Of a stretch of DNA of 64,000 bases, positions 1 to 13,029 are shown in pieces. The stretch is from Octopus sinensis. Taxonomy: Eukaryota. The notes under the pieces were generated by a model that was not told the DNA's origin, did not search any database, and saw nothing but the letters and a program-made list of their open reading frames with translations. The position numbers were made by a program, and so were the translations under genes. Location: positions 136,400,001 to 136,464,000 of the forward strand of contig NC_042997.1 of NCBI RefSeq assembly GCF_006345805.1, written 5' to 3'. Positions within the stretch are counted from its first letter, which is position 1; each line of letters begins with the position of its first letter.

Positions 1-177
1 CACGCTGTTCATAGAGAACTAAGCTGCAGTCATGACGTCTGGATTTTGACACCCGAAGCGAATGATCTCTTCCAATATTCGGCTGGTTTCCATATAAGCT
101 AACTTTTTTCTCAACTACAGCTTTTATTTTCATGCTCTCCAATGCTGTTAACTGTTTATCAATATATCGAGCTATTC
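1..177 (-). CDS. Candidate internal coding exon of an unidentified minus-strand gene (runs off window start)
   Basis: Acceptor tctcttttttttcag| at 178-192 on the minus strand, then a phase-1 frame open to the window edge: (G)IARYIDKQLTALESMKIKAVVEKKVSLYGNQPNIGRDHSLRVSKSRRHDCSLVLYEQR. No family recognised. Confidence 0.4.
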
Positions 178-380
178 CTGAAAAAAAAGAGACATAAAAT
201 ATCATCAAATTTAGCACAATACCATGTATTTTGTCTTAGCTCCTCCAAGTTTTAAATTACACACACACACGCATGTAAAGAGAGAGGGGGAGAAATGGTA
301 TGCAAATTAATAGCTCCAGTTTTCTGAAGCTATTGCTTTTGTAGTTTTTGTTTTATTTCCCAGGGATTTGTCAAGTGATC

Positions 381-428
381 AAGACACATCTGATGAGAAT
401 CCAATGACATTCGAAAATTCATCATCTT
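381..428 (+). ncRNA. Type-I hammerhead-ribozyme-like motif with canonical core and degraded stem I
   Basis: CTGATGA 390-396; stem II GAAT/ATTC (397-400/409-412); GAAA 413-416; palindromic AATT stem III; UUC cleavage triplet at 420; stem I only AT/AT plus AAGA/TCTT. Confidence 0.5.
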
Positions 429-486
429 TTCAATCCAGGAAGAAATAGTTAAATTTGCCGTGTTTGGATTACATCCACTCACACAC

Positions 487-527
<41 letters not shown>

Positions 528-567
528 CGAATGACATGCTACTCTTTCTCATGATTATATATACATA

Positions 568-746
568 GGCGCAGAAGTAGCTGTGTGGTAAGTAGCTTGC
601 TTACCAACCACGTGGTTCCAGGTTCGGTCCCACTGCGTGGCACCTTGGGCAAGTGTTTTCTACTATAGCCTCGAGCTGACAAAAACCTTGTGAGTAGATT
701 TGGTAGACGGAAACTGAAAGAAGCCCGTCGTATATATGTATATATA

Positions 747-825
<79 letters not shown>

Positions 826-1050
826 ATATATATATGTACGTGTAGGTATATGTTTGTGTGTCTTTGTTTGTCCCCCAACATCGCCTGACAGCCGATGCTG
901 ATGTGTTTACGTTCCCATAACTTAGCTGTTCGGCAAAAAGTGACCGATAGGATAAGTACTAGGCTAACAAAGGATAAGTCCTGGGATCGATTTGCTCGAA
1001 TAAAGGCGCTGCTCCAGCATGGCCACAGTCAAATGACTGAAACAAATAAA
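568..1050 (+). mobile_element. tRNA-derived SINE family A (CORE-like block, internal (TA)n, LINE-type 3' tail)
   Basis: A/B-box-like head (gtagctgtgtggtaag...ggttcggtccc), ccttgggcaagtg block, internal microsatellite ~733-838, tail ggcgctgctccagcatggccacagtcaaatgactgaaac. Near-identical layout at 8389-8826. Confidence 0.85.
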
Positions 1051-1924
1051 GAGAGAGAGAAAAGAGTATACATGCATTCATGCATGCATAACACGAATAC
1101 GTTATTAACTGATAATATGTATAATACGTTTTTCCATGATTTATACTATGTATATATACACAAATATATATATATATATATTATATATATATATATATTA
1201 TATATATATATATATATATAAGAGAGAGAAATACGATGAACGAATATTCTTCTTTGCATCGTAATGTCAAAAGTCACAGTTAGACATGGTGATTAATGAG
1301 AAAAATAAAGTCTAACTTGGCATTCTGGATTCACTGAAGAGATGAAGTGGATGCTTCAAGATTGGTAAATCATATATCATACGTAGTATATATAGAGTAT
1401 ATAGCTGGCGTTAGGTCTAAATACATTCGGAATCTAGATCACAAATATGATAAGTGACTGTCATATAAAAACCGACATTTTGTGTAAGTTGTGAGAAGTT
1501 ATAGTTTCTCAAGATGAAGAGTTATGTGTGTTTTCAGAAAAATGTGGACAGGCAAAATAGAAAACAATTAGAAAAAGCTTTTGCGCAATCTAATTCCCTG
1601 TTCAGCAAAACTTAAAAATCGGAAAATCGTTTTCAAAAGTAAAAATCAAAAGGATAAAAGTTACAGAAGTTAATGAATTTCGCATTTTGAAAAAAAAAAC
1701 ACTTATTTATTTAGGAGAATTCAGGGAAACCAAATTAGATTTTTACTACAGTATTCAATATTCACCTGCCATACTGGACAGTGATATACCATATATTTTC
1801 ACTCTTTAGCAACGGAGATTATTCCTACAAGCGAAAAAAATTTAACTAGTGACTTTGCATTCTATAATATTGATATATAGGTTTTTACGTGTTTGTATCT
1901 GTTTGTGAGTTCAAATGATATATA

Positions 1925-2430
1925 TCTATATATATAAAACTCTAGTTGTGTGAGTGTCTGTCCCCTTCGATTTAGATTCCTAACTCCTCCCACATTTTGC
2001 GGTGCAGTTTAACCAAATTCGGGTATCTTATAGTCGTGATTCATATCGAGCCCGTCTGACTATTAGCGCGCGTTAACGATGAGTCTACGATTTTAAAAAT
2101 AATTTAACATCATTTTTTATTCCATTTTAATGCATAAAATGCATCGTATGTCGATGGCGGCAGAGTTGGCGTCCACGCTCACAGCTGCACCTGTTTGCTT
2201 CTCCCCCTTCCCTCCCTCGTGAGGCTGTGGGGAAGGGAGTGTAAAGAAATCAACGTCGTAATGCGTTGTGAAGGAAACCAGCGTTCTTTTAGAACAACGA
2301 CTTCATGGCTTGAAGACACCAAAATAAAAATGGCTAAGAAAGCCCGAATTTATAAGGGAAGTAACTCTATAAAAATGCTTATATAGTTATTTCCCTTACA
2401 AACCCGAGCAACGCCGGGCGATACTGCTAG
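1925..2430 (+). mobile_element. Non-autonomous Helitron
   Basis: 5' TC start (tctatatatataaaac), 3' hairpin cccgagcaacgccggg followed by CTAG, inserted between A and T. Confidence 0.8.
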
Positions 2431-2441
2431 TATATTATAAA

Positions 2442-2625
2442 TCTCTTATATAAAATCCGTTCTGTCTGTGTGTGTGTCTTCTCGGATCTCGGGCATCCTC
2501 CATCCGATTGCGCTCAAATTTGATGTATAGATACCGACGATATCAGGGCGTGTATAAGTCTTGAAAAAATTACAAAAATCGATTCCAGGTGAGAATGCGA
2601 TCGATAAAGCCGTGGGAACGTGCAT
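2442..2625 (+). mobile_element. 5' fragment of a second Helitron family, 11 bp downstream of the first
   Basis: Starts a|tctcttatataaaatccgttctgtctgtgtg, then ccgattgcgctcaaatttg, a typical Helitron 5' layout. No 3' hairpin/CTAG seen. Confidence 0.55.
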
Positions 2626-2881
2626 TATATATATATATATATATACATCTGTGTGTGCGTGCGTATCTATGTATATAGTGTGTAGGGACGCACGCTCAAA
2701 TGTGCCAACCAAAGCGAAAGTACTCAATGTAAGACGTAGACCAGATTTATTTATTTAAACTGAATTTCTTTGTCTCGTAACTAAGGATCGACCCCTCTGC
2801 AATCTTTATATGACATTCACGTTTCACCAAACGATAACAGTGGCCCTAGATTTGAAACCCAACACGAGGAAAGTTAGTATA

Positions 2882-3096
2882 CGAGGGGGTACTGAAAAGT
2901 TCCTGACTTTGAGTAAAGCAAAATACAGGAGGATCAGTTAATCATAATCTTATTCAGCATATTCCCCTCTCAGATTCACACACTTATTGCAGCGGCCCTT
3001 CAGTTTTTTAAGTCCTGTAAAAGAACGCGGAGGTTGAGCCTTCAACCAGGCCTTTCGCGATACCCTTAGCGCTAGAAACTTTTCAGCATCTCCTCG
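2882..3096. mobile_element. Tc1/mariner-type MITE (215 bp)
   Basis: TA on both sides; imperfect TIRs cgagggggtactgaaaagtt / aacttttcagcatctcctcg. Confidence 0.8.
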
Positions 3097-3161
3097 TATA
3101 TGCAAATATGTGTATATGTGCACGTGTGTGTATTGTATTCAGGTGTTTATATTATATGTGT

Positions 3162-3467
3162 GGAGGCGCAATGGCCCGGTGGTTAGGGCAGCGAACTCGC
3201 GGTCGTAGGATCGCGGTTTCGATTCCCAGACCGGGCGTTGTGAGTGTTTATTGAGCGAAAACACCTAAAAGCGCCACGAGGCTCCGGCAGGGGGTGGTGA
3301 TCCCTGCTGTACTCTTTCACCACTCTTTCTCCCACTCTTTCTTCTGTTGGCCTGCTCGCTTAGCCAGCGGGGTGGCGTCATTCGAAGGCTAAAACAATGC
3401 GAACGCATTGTGACCAGCGATGTGTAACTACATCTGATGGACTGGTCGGTCACGTGATCACGTGATA
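3162..3467 (+). mobile_element. tRNA-derived SINE family B, tail type 1
   Basis: Head ggcgcaatggcccggtggttagggc...ggtttcgattccc; central ttgagcgaaaacacct block; ends in tandem tcacgtga units. Confidence 0.8.
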
Positions 3468-4032
3468 TTATATGTAGGTAAGTAATAAGTATGTATCTGT
3501 GCACGTTCGTGCATGTATGCCATTATCTCTTGAATTAACATTACTATTAGTTTTTCTTTGCCTAGACTGTGTTTCTGCCTCCACTTCTAAAATTAATTCA
3601 AATCTGTTCTTATGGCAGACAGCTAATACCAGTATTTACTCTATCTTCCCTGACATTTCTATAATTCTTTGTTTTGAGTTGCAATTTTGTGTTTACAATT
3701 ATTCTGTTTCTTTCTAGGACAAAGGATACGTCAAATACGGAGGAACACCAGACTAAACAGAATTAATTCGGTACAGTGCGGATGAAGTCAAGAATACTTA
3801 TTAAAATTCTTTCACCTTTCCAAGTAAGAATATTCACCTTTTTATCCTACCGTCGTTAATAATTGCTCAAAATTCTTCTGATAAAACATATTTCTTGTAA
3901 TATTCCCTGAGTTTCTATTCAATATATTAATTCTCCCCGTGCGTAATTTAAAAAGTATTTCAATATTCTTCAGAAATCATTATCAAAATCATCATCATCA
4001 TCATCATCATCTTCATCAACATTATTATATAA

Positions 4033-4240
4033 GGTGGTGAGCTGGCAGAATCGGTAGCACGCCAGGCAAAATGCTTAGCGGCATTTCGCTTGCGTTCTGA
4101 GTTCAAATTCCGCCGAAGTCAACTTTGCTTTTCATCCTTTCGGGCTCGGTGAAATAAGTACCAGTTATGCACTGGGTCGATATACTCGACTTATCCCCTC
4201 CCCAAAAATTTCAGGCTTTGTACCTATAGTAGAAAGGATT
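4033..4240 (+). mobile_element. tRNA-derived SINE family C (Deu/Nin-like central domain, inferred)
   Basis: gagctggcagaatcggtagcac head; gttcaaattcc B box; ttttcatcctttcggg...aaataagtaccagtt domain; tail cctatagtagaaaggattatt. Related copies at 19727, 21995 (-), 61795, 62820, 63070. Confidence 0.8.
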
Positions 4241-4879
4241 ATTGTTATTATATAAGTTCATAAATGTATTGAGAGAGTTAGAGTTGAATCATTGCTGTAA
4301 CCATAATGTTCTGGTCACCTGATGAGCTAGCTTCCTTTATTTGCATTGATTTGTGAATATACAGTTGTATTGTATAATGTGTAGAATGCATAACTCATTA
4401 TGATCTGAAATTATTATTACATGAAGAATTCTGTGAAACGTCCGTAACCTTAAGGATGTCAAGTGATTAAATAAATATGTTCACCTCTCATACTTCCTGA
4501 CATTTTATTATATACTCCTCATAAAATACTTTCATCGATCGAATATCCAGATTTCAGTTGCCGGCAATCCTGTGTAATAATCCTCTGTATTGGATTACTA
4601 TCTGGTCTGTCAGCAGAGTCATTTTGAAGAGCTTTCTGTGATAGTCACATGATTCTATGGATCCAAACATTACACTGTTAGAGTAACTTTCCTTTCATTC
4701 AACGACGGTTTTTCTTAGCGTTTGTTGCCATTCATAGCCGACGAGAATGCATCGTAGCTCTTCGCTCCGACATTCGAAACTCCGAGTACTATAATGACAA
4801 CTTTTTACTATCTATTCTAAATGACATATATAGATACCCCCTATTTATCTAATATCGGGGTCTCATTCTTTTGTTGTTA

Positions 4880-6171
4880 CTTTGTTTTTTGATGAAAGGG
4901 TGTGTTTAAGAGAGATTTGGCTGCTATTTGTAGTAGCTCAAGTTACCACAGACAGACTTGTCTGTGCGCGTGTGTGTGTGTGTGTGTGTGTGATGTCAAG
5001 TGGAAATTAATTGATTTTCCGGACCCTATATTAATGGAAATGGGCGCTGCAAGATCTCTATCGCGGAGAGAGCCAAAATTCTTAAGGATTTTAAGAAGTC
5101 TGGCGTATTAAACAGCCATAAAGAAATATTTTGTAAATGTATCCACTTCAAGCGCTTCTTACTAGAAAATTGGATCTCCCCATTTGATCATTAGGCCCTT
5201 TTTTTTTGTTTTTCTTTTAATCCCTCAGTTTAAGGACAAATAACCCCTACTCATTAACGTTCCATCATATTCTTCGAGTTGTGAGCGTTTCCTCAGGTCT
5301 GCGACGTAGATATTTTAAACTTTTGTATTCATATTTAGATATTTAGGCTTTCGCTTTGTGGGTGCGAAACCTTGGGTACCTCTATCTCCAAGATATGAAA
5401 TTTTGTTGTAATATATATATATATAACACCCGTTGCCCGGGTGTTATGACGTACAGCCACATTGTATTGTTTGTTCCTTTCTTACGAGAAGAATCGGCAC
5501 ACGAGGTGTATGAAGCAAACAACTCTTCTTTATAAACATGTTTTTTTGTCATTTTCTGATGAAAAACTCTACAGTTTCTGTCTACCAAATTCAGTTACGC
5601 GCCTCTGGTTGGCCTAGGGCTATAGTAGAAAAAACTTCCCAAATGTACCATGTAGAGGGACTGAACGTGGAACCATGTGGTTGGGAAGCAAACTTCTCAA
5701 CCACACAGTCATTCTTGCATCTAATTTATGTGTTTACATTTGTTGCAAAATCTAGTATTATGTCCCACTATGTCTCAAAGTTAGCAGCTCATCAAACAGA
5801 GATCTATAAAATAAACGCCAGATTGAAATACGTACTGAGGTCAGTATGATCAATTAAATGTTTGAACGTGATACTCCATCGTGGGGACAGTCGAAAGACT
5901 AAACCCAGTAAAATAATGTTTAAAGACTTAATGGCTTCAAATTTAAGGTAATGGATTACTAACCACAAGATAATGAGTTGAAGACTTCGTACTGGACTTC
6001 AACTCTATATGATAACACTGTATGTATATCTCAGTCTACTTGACTTCCAACAATTAACAATTGAAATTTAAAGTTGAATGGTTAGCAGTAAGAAAGATGT
6101 CCAGATTTCTTTTAAAATTATTGTGCAAAATACTCTGGGAAAAAAATATTTTTTCACCACAACAAAACATA

Positions 6172-6231
<60 letters not shown>

Positions 6232-6335
6232 ACACACACACACACACATACAAAGGTGTGTCTGTCGTAACTTGAGCTACTACAAATAGCAACCAATTCT
6301 CTCTTAAAACACACCCTTTCATCAAAAGAAAGAAA
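4880..6335. repeat. Two inverted copies (~85 bp each plus (GT)n) of one dispersed repeat at ~4880-4965 and ~6252-6335
   Basis: gatgaaagggtgtgtttaagagagatttggctgctatttgtagtagctcaagttac and its reverse complement ~1.3 kb downstream. Confidence 0.7.
5570..5722 (-). mobile_element. SINE family A 5' half, degenerate
   Basis: Reverse complement matches the family A head and central block (ctatagtagaa, ggaaccatgtggttgggaagcaa). Confidence 0.7.
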
Positions 6336-6459
6336 CCGATTTGCAGTATTTGAGGAAAAAAGAACGTAGTGATGGGCCTGCTACATCAGAAGCAACTCTG
6401 GGCTAAACAAAGCACAGACAAGCGTATTTCATGTTAAAAGAGTATCTACTAAAACATAC

Positions 6460-6708
6460 TAATAAAGTTGACGGTTTATTTTCGAAGTTTCATTCTCTGG
6501 TAAAACTCTATGTATTTTAAACATTTTCTGACTATACTTTATGAAAGACATTGTACAAACCGACCTCGTTTTCGAAGTTATTTTTATAGTAAAAAGTTGT
6601 TGTGCAAAAAACATATTTTATTTGGTAGCCGAAAGATTACAGAATCTTTTGATACCTCATGCGTCAAAATCGGCAAATCAGTTTTCGAATCCATAAGGAC
6701 ATACGCCA

Positions 6709-6742
<34 letters not shown>

Positions 6743-6783
6743 ACACACACTCATACACGTACAATTGTCTTGTATATATTAAG

Positions 6784-6784
<1 letters not shown>
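6460..6784 (-). mobile_element. Helitron-like non-autonomous element; 5' end clear, 3' end unresolved
   Basis: Minus strand starts a|tcttaatatatacaagacaattgtacgtgtatgagtgtgtg followed by ccgattttgacgc, the same layout as other Helitron 5' ends here. Confidence 0.5.
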
Positions 6785-6815
<31 letters not shown>

Positions 6816-6818
<3 letters not shown>

Positions 6819-6854
6819 GTATAATGACTGGAATAAATGGAAGATAAAAGATAT

Positions 6855-6886
<32 letters not shown>

Positions 6887-6921
6887 ATGTATAATGACTG
6901 GAATAAATGGAAGATAAAAGA
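6816..6921 (+). repeat. Exact 36-bp duplication with 70-bp period inside (TA)n
   Basis: aatgtataatgactggaataaatggaagataaaaga at 6816-6851 and 6886-6921. Confidence 0.9.
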
Positions 6922-6932
6922 TATATATATAT

Positions 6933-6965
<33 letters not shown>

Positions 6966-7389
6966 TAGTTCTTTCAGTTTAACGTTTCCATGCAAGTTAA
7001 ATATTTTGATATAAAATGCCTTTTTCGAAAGCTCAAAAGAATAATACATATATTAGCTGTTCTTAAACTGTTATTCTACTGCTATTGTAGTTTATCCATT
7101 AAATTTCTTTACGCTTAATCTTATTTTATTTCAATTATATTTCACACTCAGCTATGCGAGAAGCAATAAAGAAAGTTGTAATCCTATAAAAACACATTTG
7201 CGTCAAATAGCATTAACTTTCATTTCGTGAAATGCTGTTCAAGATCAAAGGATCGCCGAAACGAATAGCTTGTTTAAGTATGTTATCCTTACGAAAGCTG
7301 ATGGTAAGACTTATTGAACTGCGATAACGGTAGAATGCCTGCCTAAGGACAGCGTACTGAAACTACTATATTTTATCATTATTATTTCA

Positions 7390-8385
7390 TACTATTGAAA
7401 AAAGCATATCATGAATTTTAAGCGTTGTGGACTCATTATCATATATACAAATTTTATTAACTACACAGTAAAAGTTTCTTATTTCCATTGTTATTTTTTT
7501 ATTATAAAGTGATTTTCTGTCCGTTTCTTTTGATATATTTTGGAATTCTGGGGGTTTTTCTGTTGTTTTATCGTTATCTAAACCTTTGTTCCTAGGAGTA
7601 GTCAACTTCTAATTTGTAATATATTTCTTGTTATATAAGGAGAAAAGGTTGTCTTGTTCTTTTCTTCATATTTTCTTATTACACTTACCAGTTACCTTAA
7701 ACTCGATTTTAAGCATTTTTTTTTGTCTCACTTTTGTTACTTTGTAGTAATTCTCTATTTATATCCCTGTGAACAAGGTATATCCAATCTGCATCAACTT
7801 TTGGGTCACAGCTTGAGAATGTTGTTAGTTGTTTCCTGGTTTTTCTTTCTAAGCTTACCAATTCACTTTTCCCCGACATTTCGGTGTGTTGTCAGTTTCA
7901 TCTACTCCTAAGCATTTGTATTGTGGTTTTGATTCAGTGCCTGTACCCAATTCGGAATTTTTTTCTGTTAGTTGTCCACTTCAGCTTTGGCACATTTGTT
8001 TAATTGCTTACTCATTTTCATGACTTGGTTGAAAATGTGAGCTAATTTTAGTAGATTTTCCAACCAGGTATTGTCCCCTGTAAATAGGTTTGAGACATCC
8101 ACATAGAGAAAATGGTTTACACTTTGTCCTTTATCATTTAAAGCCAATGGCTTCACCACTACTAGTTATAAATGTATGATGTTAACAAACTAATTGTGTT
8201 CTTGCAGTTTGTTGGAAAAGGTGTCTGGCGTTTTAGATTTGATGAATAAATGTCGTTTCTCCAGACAGGAACCTTTTAGGTGTTCATTTTGAGATGTTTT
8301 CCAGTTCATTGAATACCCATGTTTATTGGCCAGGTGTTTTACACATAAAGGAGAACTTGTTGAGTCTTTTTCTTTCGAGGTGCTT
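7390..8385 (-). mobile_element. Degenerate Penelope-like element remnant
   Basis: Broken minus-strand coding-like frames; ctcgaaagaaaaagact at ~8362-8380 resembles the 3' half of the ribozyme-like repeat found at 21.9, 31.0 and 46.4 kb; abuts a SINE A copy. Confidence 0.35.
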
Positions 8386-8388
8386 GTA

Positions 8389-8551
8389 GGCGTAGGAGTG
8401 ACTGTGTGGTAAGTAGCTTGCTTACGAACTACTAGGTTCCGGGTTTAGTCCCACTGCGTGGCACCTTGAGCAAGTGTCTTCTACTATAGCCTCGGGGCAA
8501 CCAAAGCCTTGTGAGTGGATTTGGTAGACGGAAACTGAAAGAAGCCCGTCG

Positions 8552-8619
<68 letters not shown>

Positions 8620-8826
8620 TGTGTCTGTGTTTGTCCCCCCACCCCAACATCGCTTGACAACCGTTGCTGGCATGTTTACGTCCCCGTAACTTAGCGGTTC
8701 GGCAAAAGAGGCCGATAGAATAAGTACTAGGCTTACAAAGAATAAGTCTTGGGGTCGATGTGCTCAACTAAAGGCGGTGCTCCAGCATGGCCGCACGCAA
8801 ATGACTGAAACAAGTAAAAGAATAAA
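8389..8826 (+). mobile_element. SINE family A, full length
   Basis: Same head, central block, (TA)n(TG)n and tail ggcggtgctccagcatggcc...gactgaaacaagtaaaagaataaag as 568-1050. Confidence 0.9.
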
Positions 8827-11776
8827 GCGTAAAGGTTTTAATGGTTTTAAATTCATCGTCTGCTATAATAGACTAGCTTGCGATGCTTCTGAATTTTTCC
8901 ACCTTCTCTTTTGACTCATTGCACTATTTTTTAAAATTTTGCTATGCGGAATTGGTGGAGCGTCCAACAATATGCCTTCTAGTATGTGGTGATGTATCTT
9001 TTATCTCCTGAGCTTAAATCTCTTGAGGTCAATTTACCTTTCATCCTTCCGGAGACTTTAAAATGAACTACCTGGAGTGATATATTCAAATGCATCCATC
9101 CGCACAAAAAAGTGTGTCTTTGTGCCTAGGAATTATTGTTATTGTCATTATAATCAATATTGCACTCTGAAGTTATTCTGTTTTCATAAGATATTGTCGT
9201 CCTGTTAACATTTCGTATTTTTATAGATATTAGAACATTCAGTAATGGCAATGTATTTAATGACCTAGGATATTAAACACCGCTGTTTCCCATGACTTTC
9301 CGCCATATGGTCTAGGCTCTCATTAGAATTAGTGAGTAAAGGAGAAAATCGCGAAAAAAAAGCATGCATCGTAGCAACACTGAGAGCAAATATGTACTTG
9401 GAATCTTCTGCATCGTTAAGCTACTCACTTCAACTGCCACAACTTATGCTTGTTTGCCCTGTAATTTAAAGTGCGAAACAGTTGCAGTTCCTTGAAAAAA
9501 TGTGTTGCTAACAACTTGCAAAAGCTAGTAACGCTTATAAAAACGCTTACAACCTGCCTCCATAACTATGTACACCCATATATTCAAATGCATACCTGGA
9601 AGATGGCAGTTAAAGAACTATGAAAGGTATTCATCGTGGCTAGCAATCGCCAGCAATAGAAATATGAGTGAATATGTTTCGTCACATTGCAATTGAAGTA
9701 GTTATCTTTCTAAGAAATTTGTCTGTCTATAACTTATCAAGAGGATTTGAGATAAAAGCGAAGGATTTTGAAGTCTTCCATATAAAGTATATGTTGCTTC
9801 CCCGTGAAAATGACACTCATTCTGACATTGTGTTGAAGAGAGAGAGATACACAGCAGCATTTTGCCACTGTACATCTCGTGTAAGTTTGTTTTTTTAGCT
9901 ACCAGCTTTGTTTTGGTTCAAAAAGTTGGCTGAGATTATAAAAGAAAATAATTGCATTTTTATATATTTGTCTATATAGATGTGTAAATTTGTTTATACT
10001 GAAATACTTCTAACGAAAACTTTATTAATATTTTAAATAGGTTTACCAGAAAACTTTTAGAAATAATGATTTATGACATAAACATAAGGCGAAATGCTTG
10101 TGGGGAGGATATAGTTAAACAACATTGCCCCGATAATTCAATGGTAATATTTCACTGATAATATAAGGATGAAAGACAAAAATTGAATCTATGTTCAAAA
10201 CAATTACTATAAAGCAACATAACTAAACCTAGCAGAGCATCTGGTGCGCCGCTCTGTCAATTCTACCTGCGAAAAATTTATGTTAAAAATAATTACAAAA
10301 TATTTTATAGAAATTAAATAAAATTGTTTACTACTTTGGCACACTTTAAAATCTGCTGCAGTATGCAGCTGTACTTAGACATAAACATATGAAGGAAATC
10401 ATATATTCTCTGGCATTCCAAGTAAAATAGCTGTCTTAGACTTATATGTATATGTGTTATTGACTCTTCGTGTGGATAACCAAGTATCTATGATTTGCGT
10501 GTATTTCTGTAATTAAAGCATACGACATGTAGAATCTGAGTTATCCAATAAATCTTATATTCGCTGATTAAGTTGCTACTTTCTAGTGATTACAAGTTAT
10601 AGGGTATCGCTTCTAAGTAATATGCAACTAAAAGAGACTGTAAAAATAGCATAGAAAAGTATAACATTGGAAAGATTCTTTAAGATGTTTTGTATATAAA
10701 CATTTCTCTTGTGAATTCAGAGAAACAGTCTGCAGTGACGCTAGTAAGAGAAAATAAAGTTTGTAAATTGGAATGAACAGAGAAACGAATATAGGGAGAT
10801 GTTATTTTTAAAAAATTTTTATCATCAATTTCCTTCATATCTGACGAAACTTTATTTATCGATAGGTATTCAATAATGCTTTTTACCTCTTCCTTATCGG
10901 ATGCCCAAGTCGGTTATCGGTCTTTTCATAACGACAGATATCCAACAATCGCTTACCTACCCTATTGACTCCTAACGAGATCCTGTTCGCCTCTTGATCA
11001 TACTCACAAGTAGAGTACAAAACCATAAGCCACCGAAACACATTATTTTGATAGTGCTACCACTGGTTACAACGGGTTCGCAAAAGAAATATTTCTAAAA
11101 ACATTTGTAACAGTTATTCCTACCCTATCAGATGCACTCGGTTGTTAATGTTTTTCTTTTCTCACTCACTCGCACAATGCACAGCCAGTGACTGGGTACG
11201 AACAGTGCAACTCTTAACTGGTTATCTTACACTCTATTAATTCAGTTGTTTGAACTTATTTTAAAACAAACAATACTCTAAAGATATCCTTCGTAAAATA
11301 GCTTACATATACTGGATATTCTTATTTCCATCAAATATCTCTACAATTATATTCCGTTCGCTGTTGCCCCCATTTTAGCTTTAGTTGAAGTGTCAACTGG
11401 GAAAGAATGGAATCAATAATGGCAACAGTTGTTGTAACATCTGTAAATTCCCACTTCATATTTACAGCAAATTTAGTTGGATAAATTTTATCGTGAGGCC
11501 AATGTTTCTCTAACATTGACCATGTTTAGTATCAGTGAAAGATTTCCTTTCACTATTTACATTTGTTCATAAGTTTTTTTTCTTCTCTTTCACACGCTCA
11601 CCTTCCCTCTCTCTCTCCCTTTCTTTCTTTCTCTCTCTCTCTCTCTCTTTCTCGCGCCCTCCCTCTCCCTCCCACCCTCTGAATCTCCTTCAGTTTGATT
11701 TCTGCTATGTTCCACTCTCATTCGCTCTGTAGTTATATACATACATACATATATACATACATACATACATATATAC

Positions 11777-11817
<41 letters not shown>

Positions 11818-12212
11818 ATTGCTATGTGTGCACACAACATAAAAATCCTCTTGCATGGAAACGTTAACAGCTCCTATATGTGCATACATGCAAATACATT
11901 CATATACAAGCACACAAATGCACAAACATTCACACACTCGCACAAACACAGGTATGTATATATCTGCTTTTCTCTCTATGCATACATAAATATATATATG
12001 TTTATATATGTATATATATACATACATATACACATAATACATATATATATATATATATACTATACAGGTGTAAACATGTATATATAAATATATGTATGCT
12101 AACGTATGTGTGTATATATTATGTATATATATGTGTGTATGTGTGTGTGAGGGCGGGGGGTATATATACAGATAGATAGATTGATAGATAGATCAACACA
12201 CACGCGTGTGTG

Positions 12213-12245
<33 letters not shown>

Positions 12246-12409
12246 AGAGAGAGGTAGAGAGCGATTGGCAAACTTCCATATTTCCATAAGCATATATCTC
12301 CTATGGAATCGATAGTAATTGCTGATATGCGGTTTCCTCTTGTAAGTACTTAAGTCAGTTAAATGGAAATGGAAATTGGAAACAAGGGTTGTGGGAGACC
12401 ATATCTTAC

Positions 12410-12542
12410 GAAATACAATATGGACAATATCCTACACACGCTGGAGCTGACGGTGAAGGTGAATAAACTAAACCAACCGATTCATGACATCGAGTTGGTT
12501 CTATGCTGCTCTCCCAACGGAGTCTAATTTCAGCAGCTTTAT
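12410..12542 (-). CDS. Candidate 133-nt internal exon
   Basis: Acceptor cttattcttttgattacag| and donor |gtaagat; only one frame open: (D)KAAEIRLRWESSIEPTRCHESVGLVYSPSPSAPACVGYCPYCI(S), phase 1 to 2. Confidence 0.35.
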
Positions 12543-13029
12543 CTGTAATCAAAAGAATAAGTACCAGTAATTTGTGATCAGAACAAACAACAGAAATATG
12601 TGATATCAATGGGTTTTGTCTTTCAGACTATAAATATATGTTTTAGATTTACATGTTCCCTACGTTCTCATCGTCATCGGATGTATTATTCTTTGGAATA
12701 TACAACACATAATACAAAACTGGATTCTACATCTATTTCTTTACTACCCACAAGGGGCTAAAAGTGGATTCTATATCGGGACCTGTATTTCTAATATTAG
12801 GTAGTGACGCACATATCCATTAAGCTACTAACACTTGTAAATTAATTATGCATGCAACATTTTCAGTTATTTATAGGTATCGTTCAGTAAAAAAAAGCAA
12901 TAATGAGCTGAAGTCAGCGCTGTGTTTGTAGTTATATGTACGGCTATTTTAATTTGTCCAGCCCCCCCCCCCCGGTGATTCTCAACTGATTATGTAAATT
13001 TTATTCCATAGCAGTAAGTGATTTACTTT

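Noticed and set aside
364-448. Possible plus-strand terminal exon DLSSDQDTSDENPMTFENSSSFQSRKK*
   Set aside because: No partner exon is visible, and the same bases are better explained as a hammerhead-bearing repeat end.
3718-3823. Exon-like segment with a good acceptor and gtaaga donor
   Set aside because: Stops in all three frames; at most a non-coding exon, with no supporting evidence.
4312-4449. CTGATGA ... GAAACGTC with a partial stem I
   Set aside because: No credible stem II across the 110-nt interval.
9668-9898. 76-aa ORF ending at a gtaagt donor
   Set aside because: No clear acceptor or recognisable family; within chance expectation.
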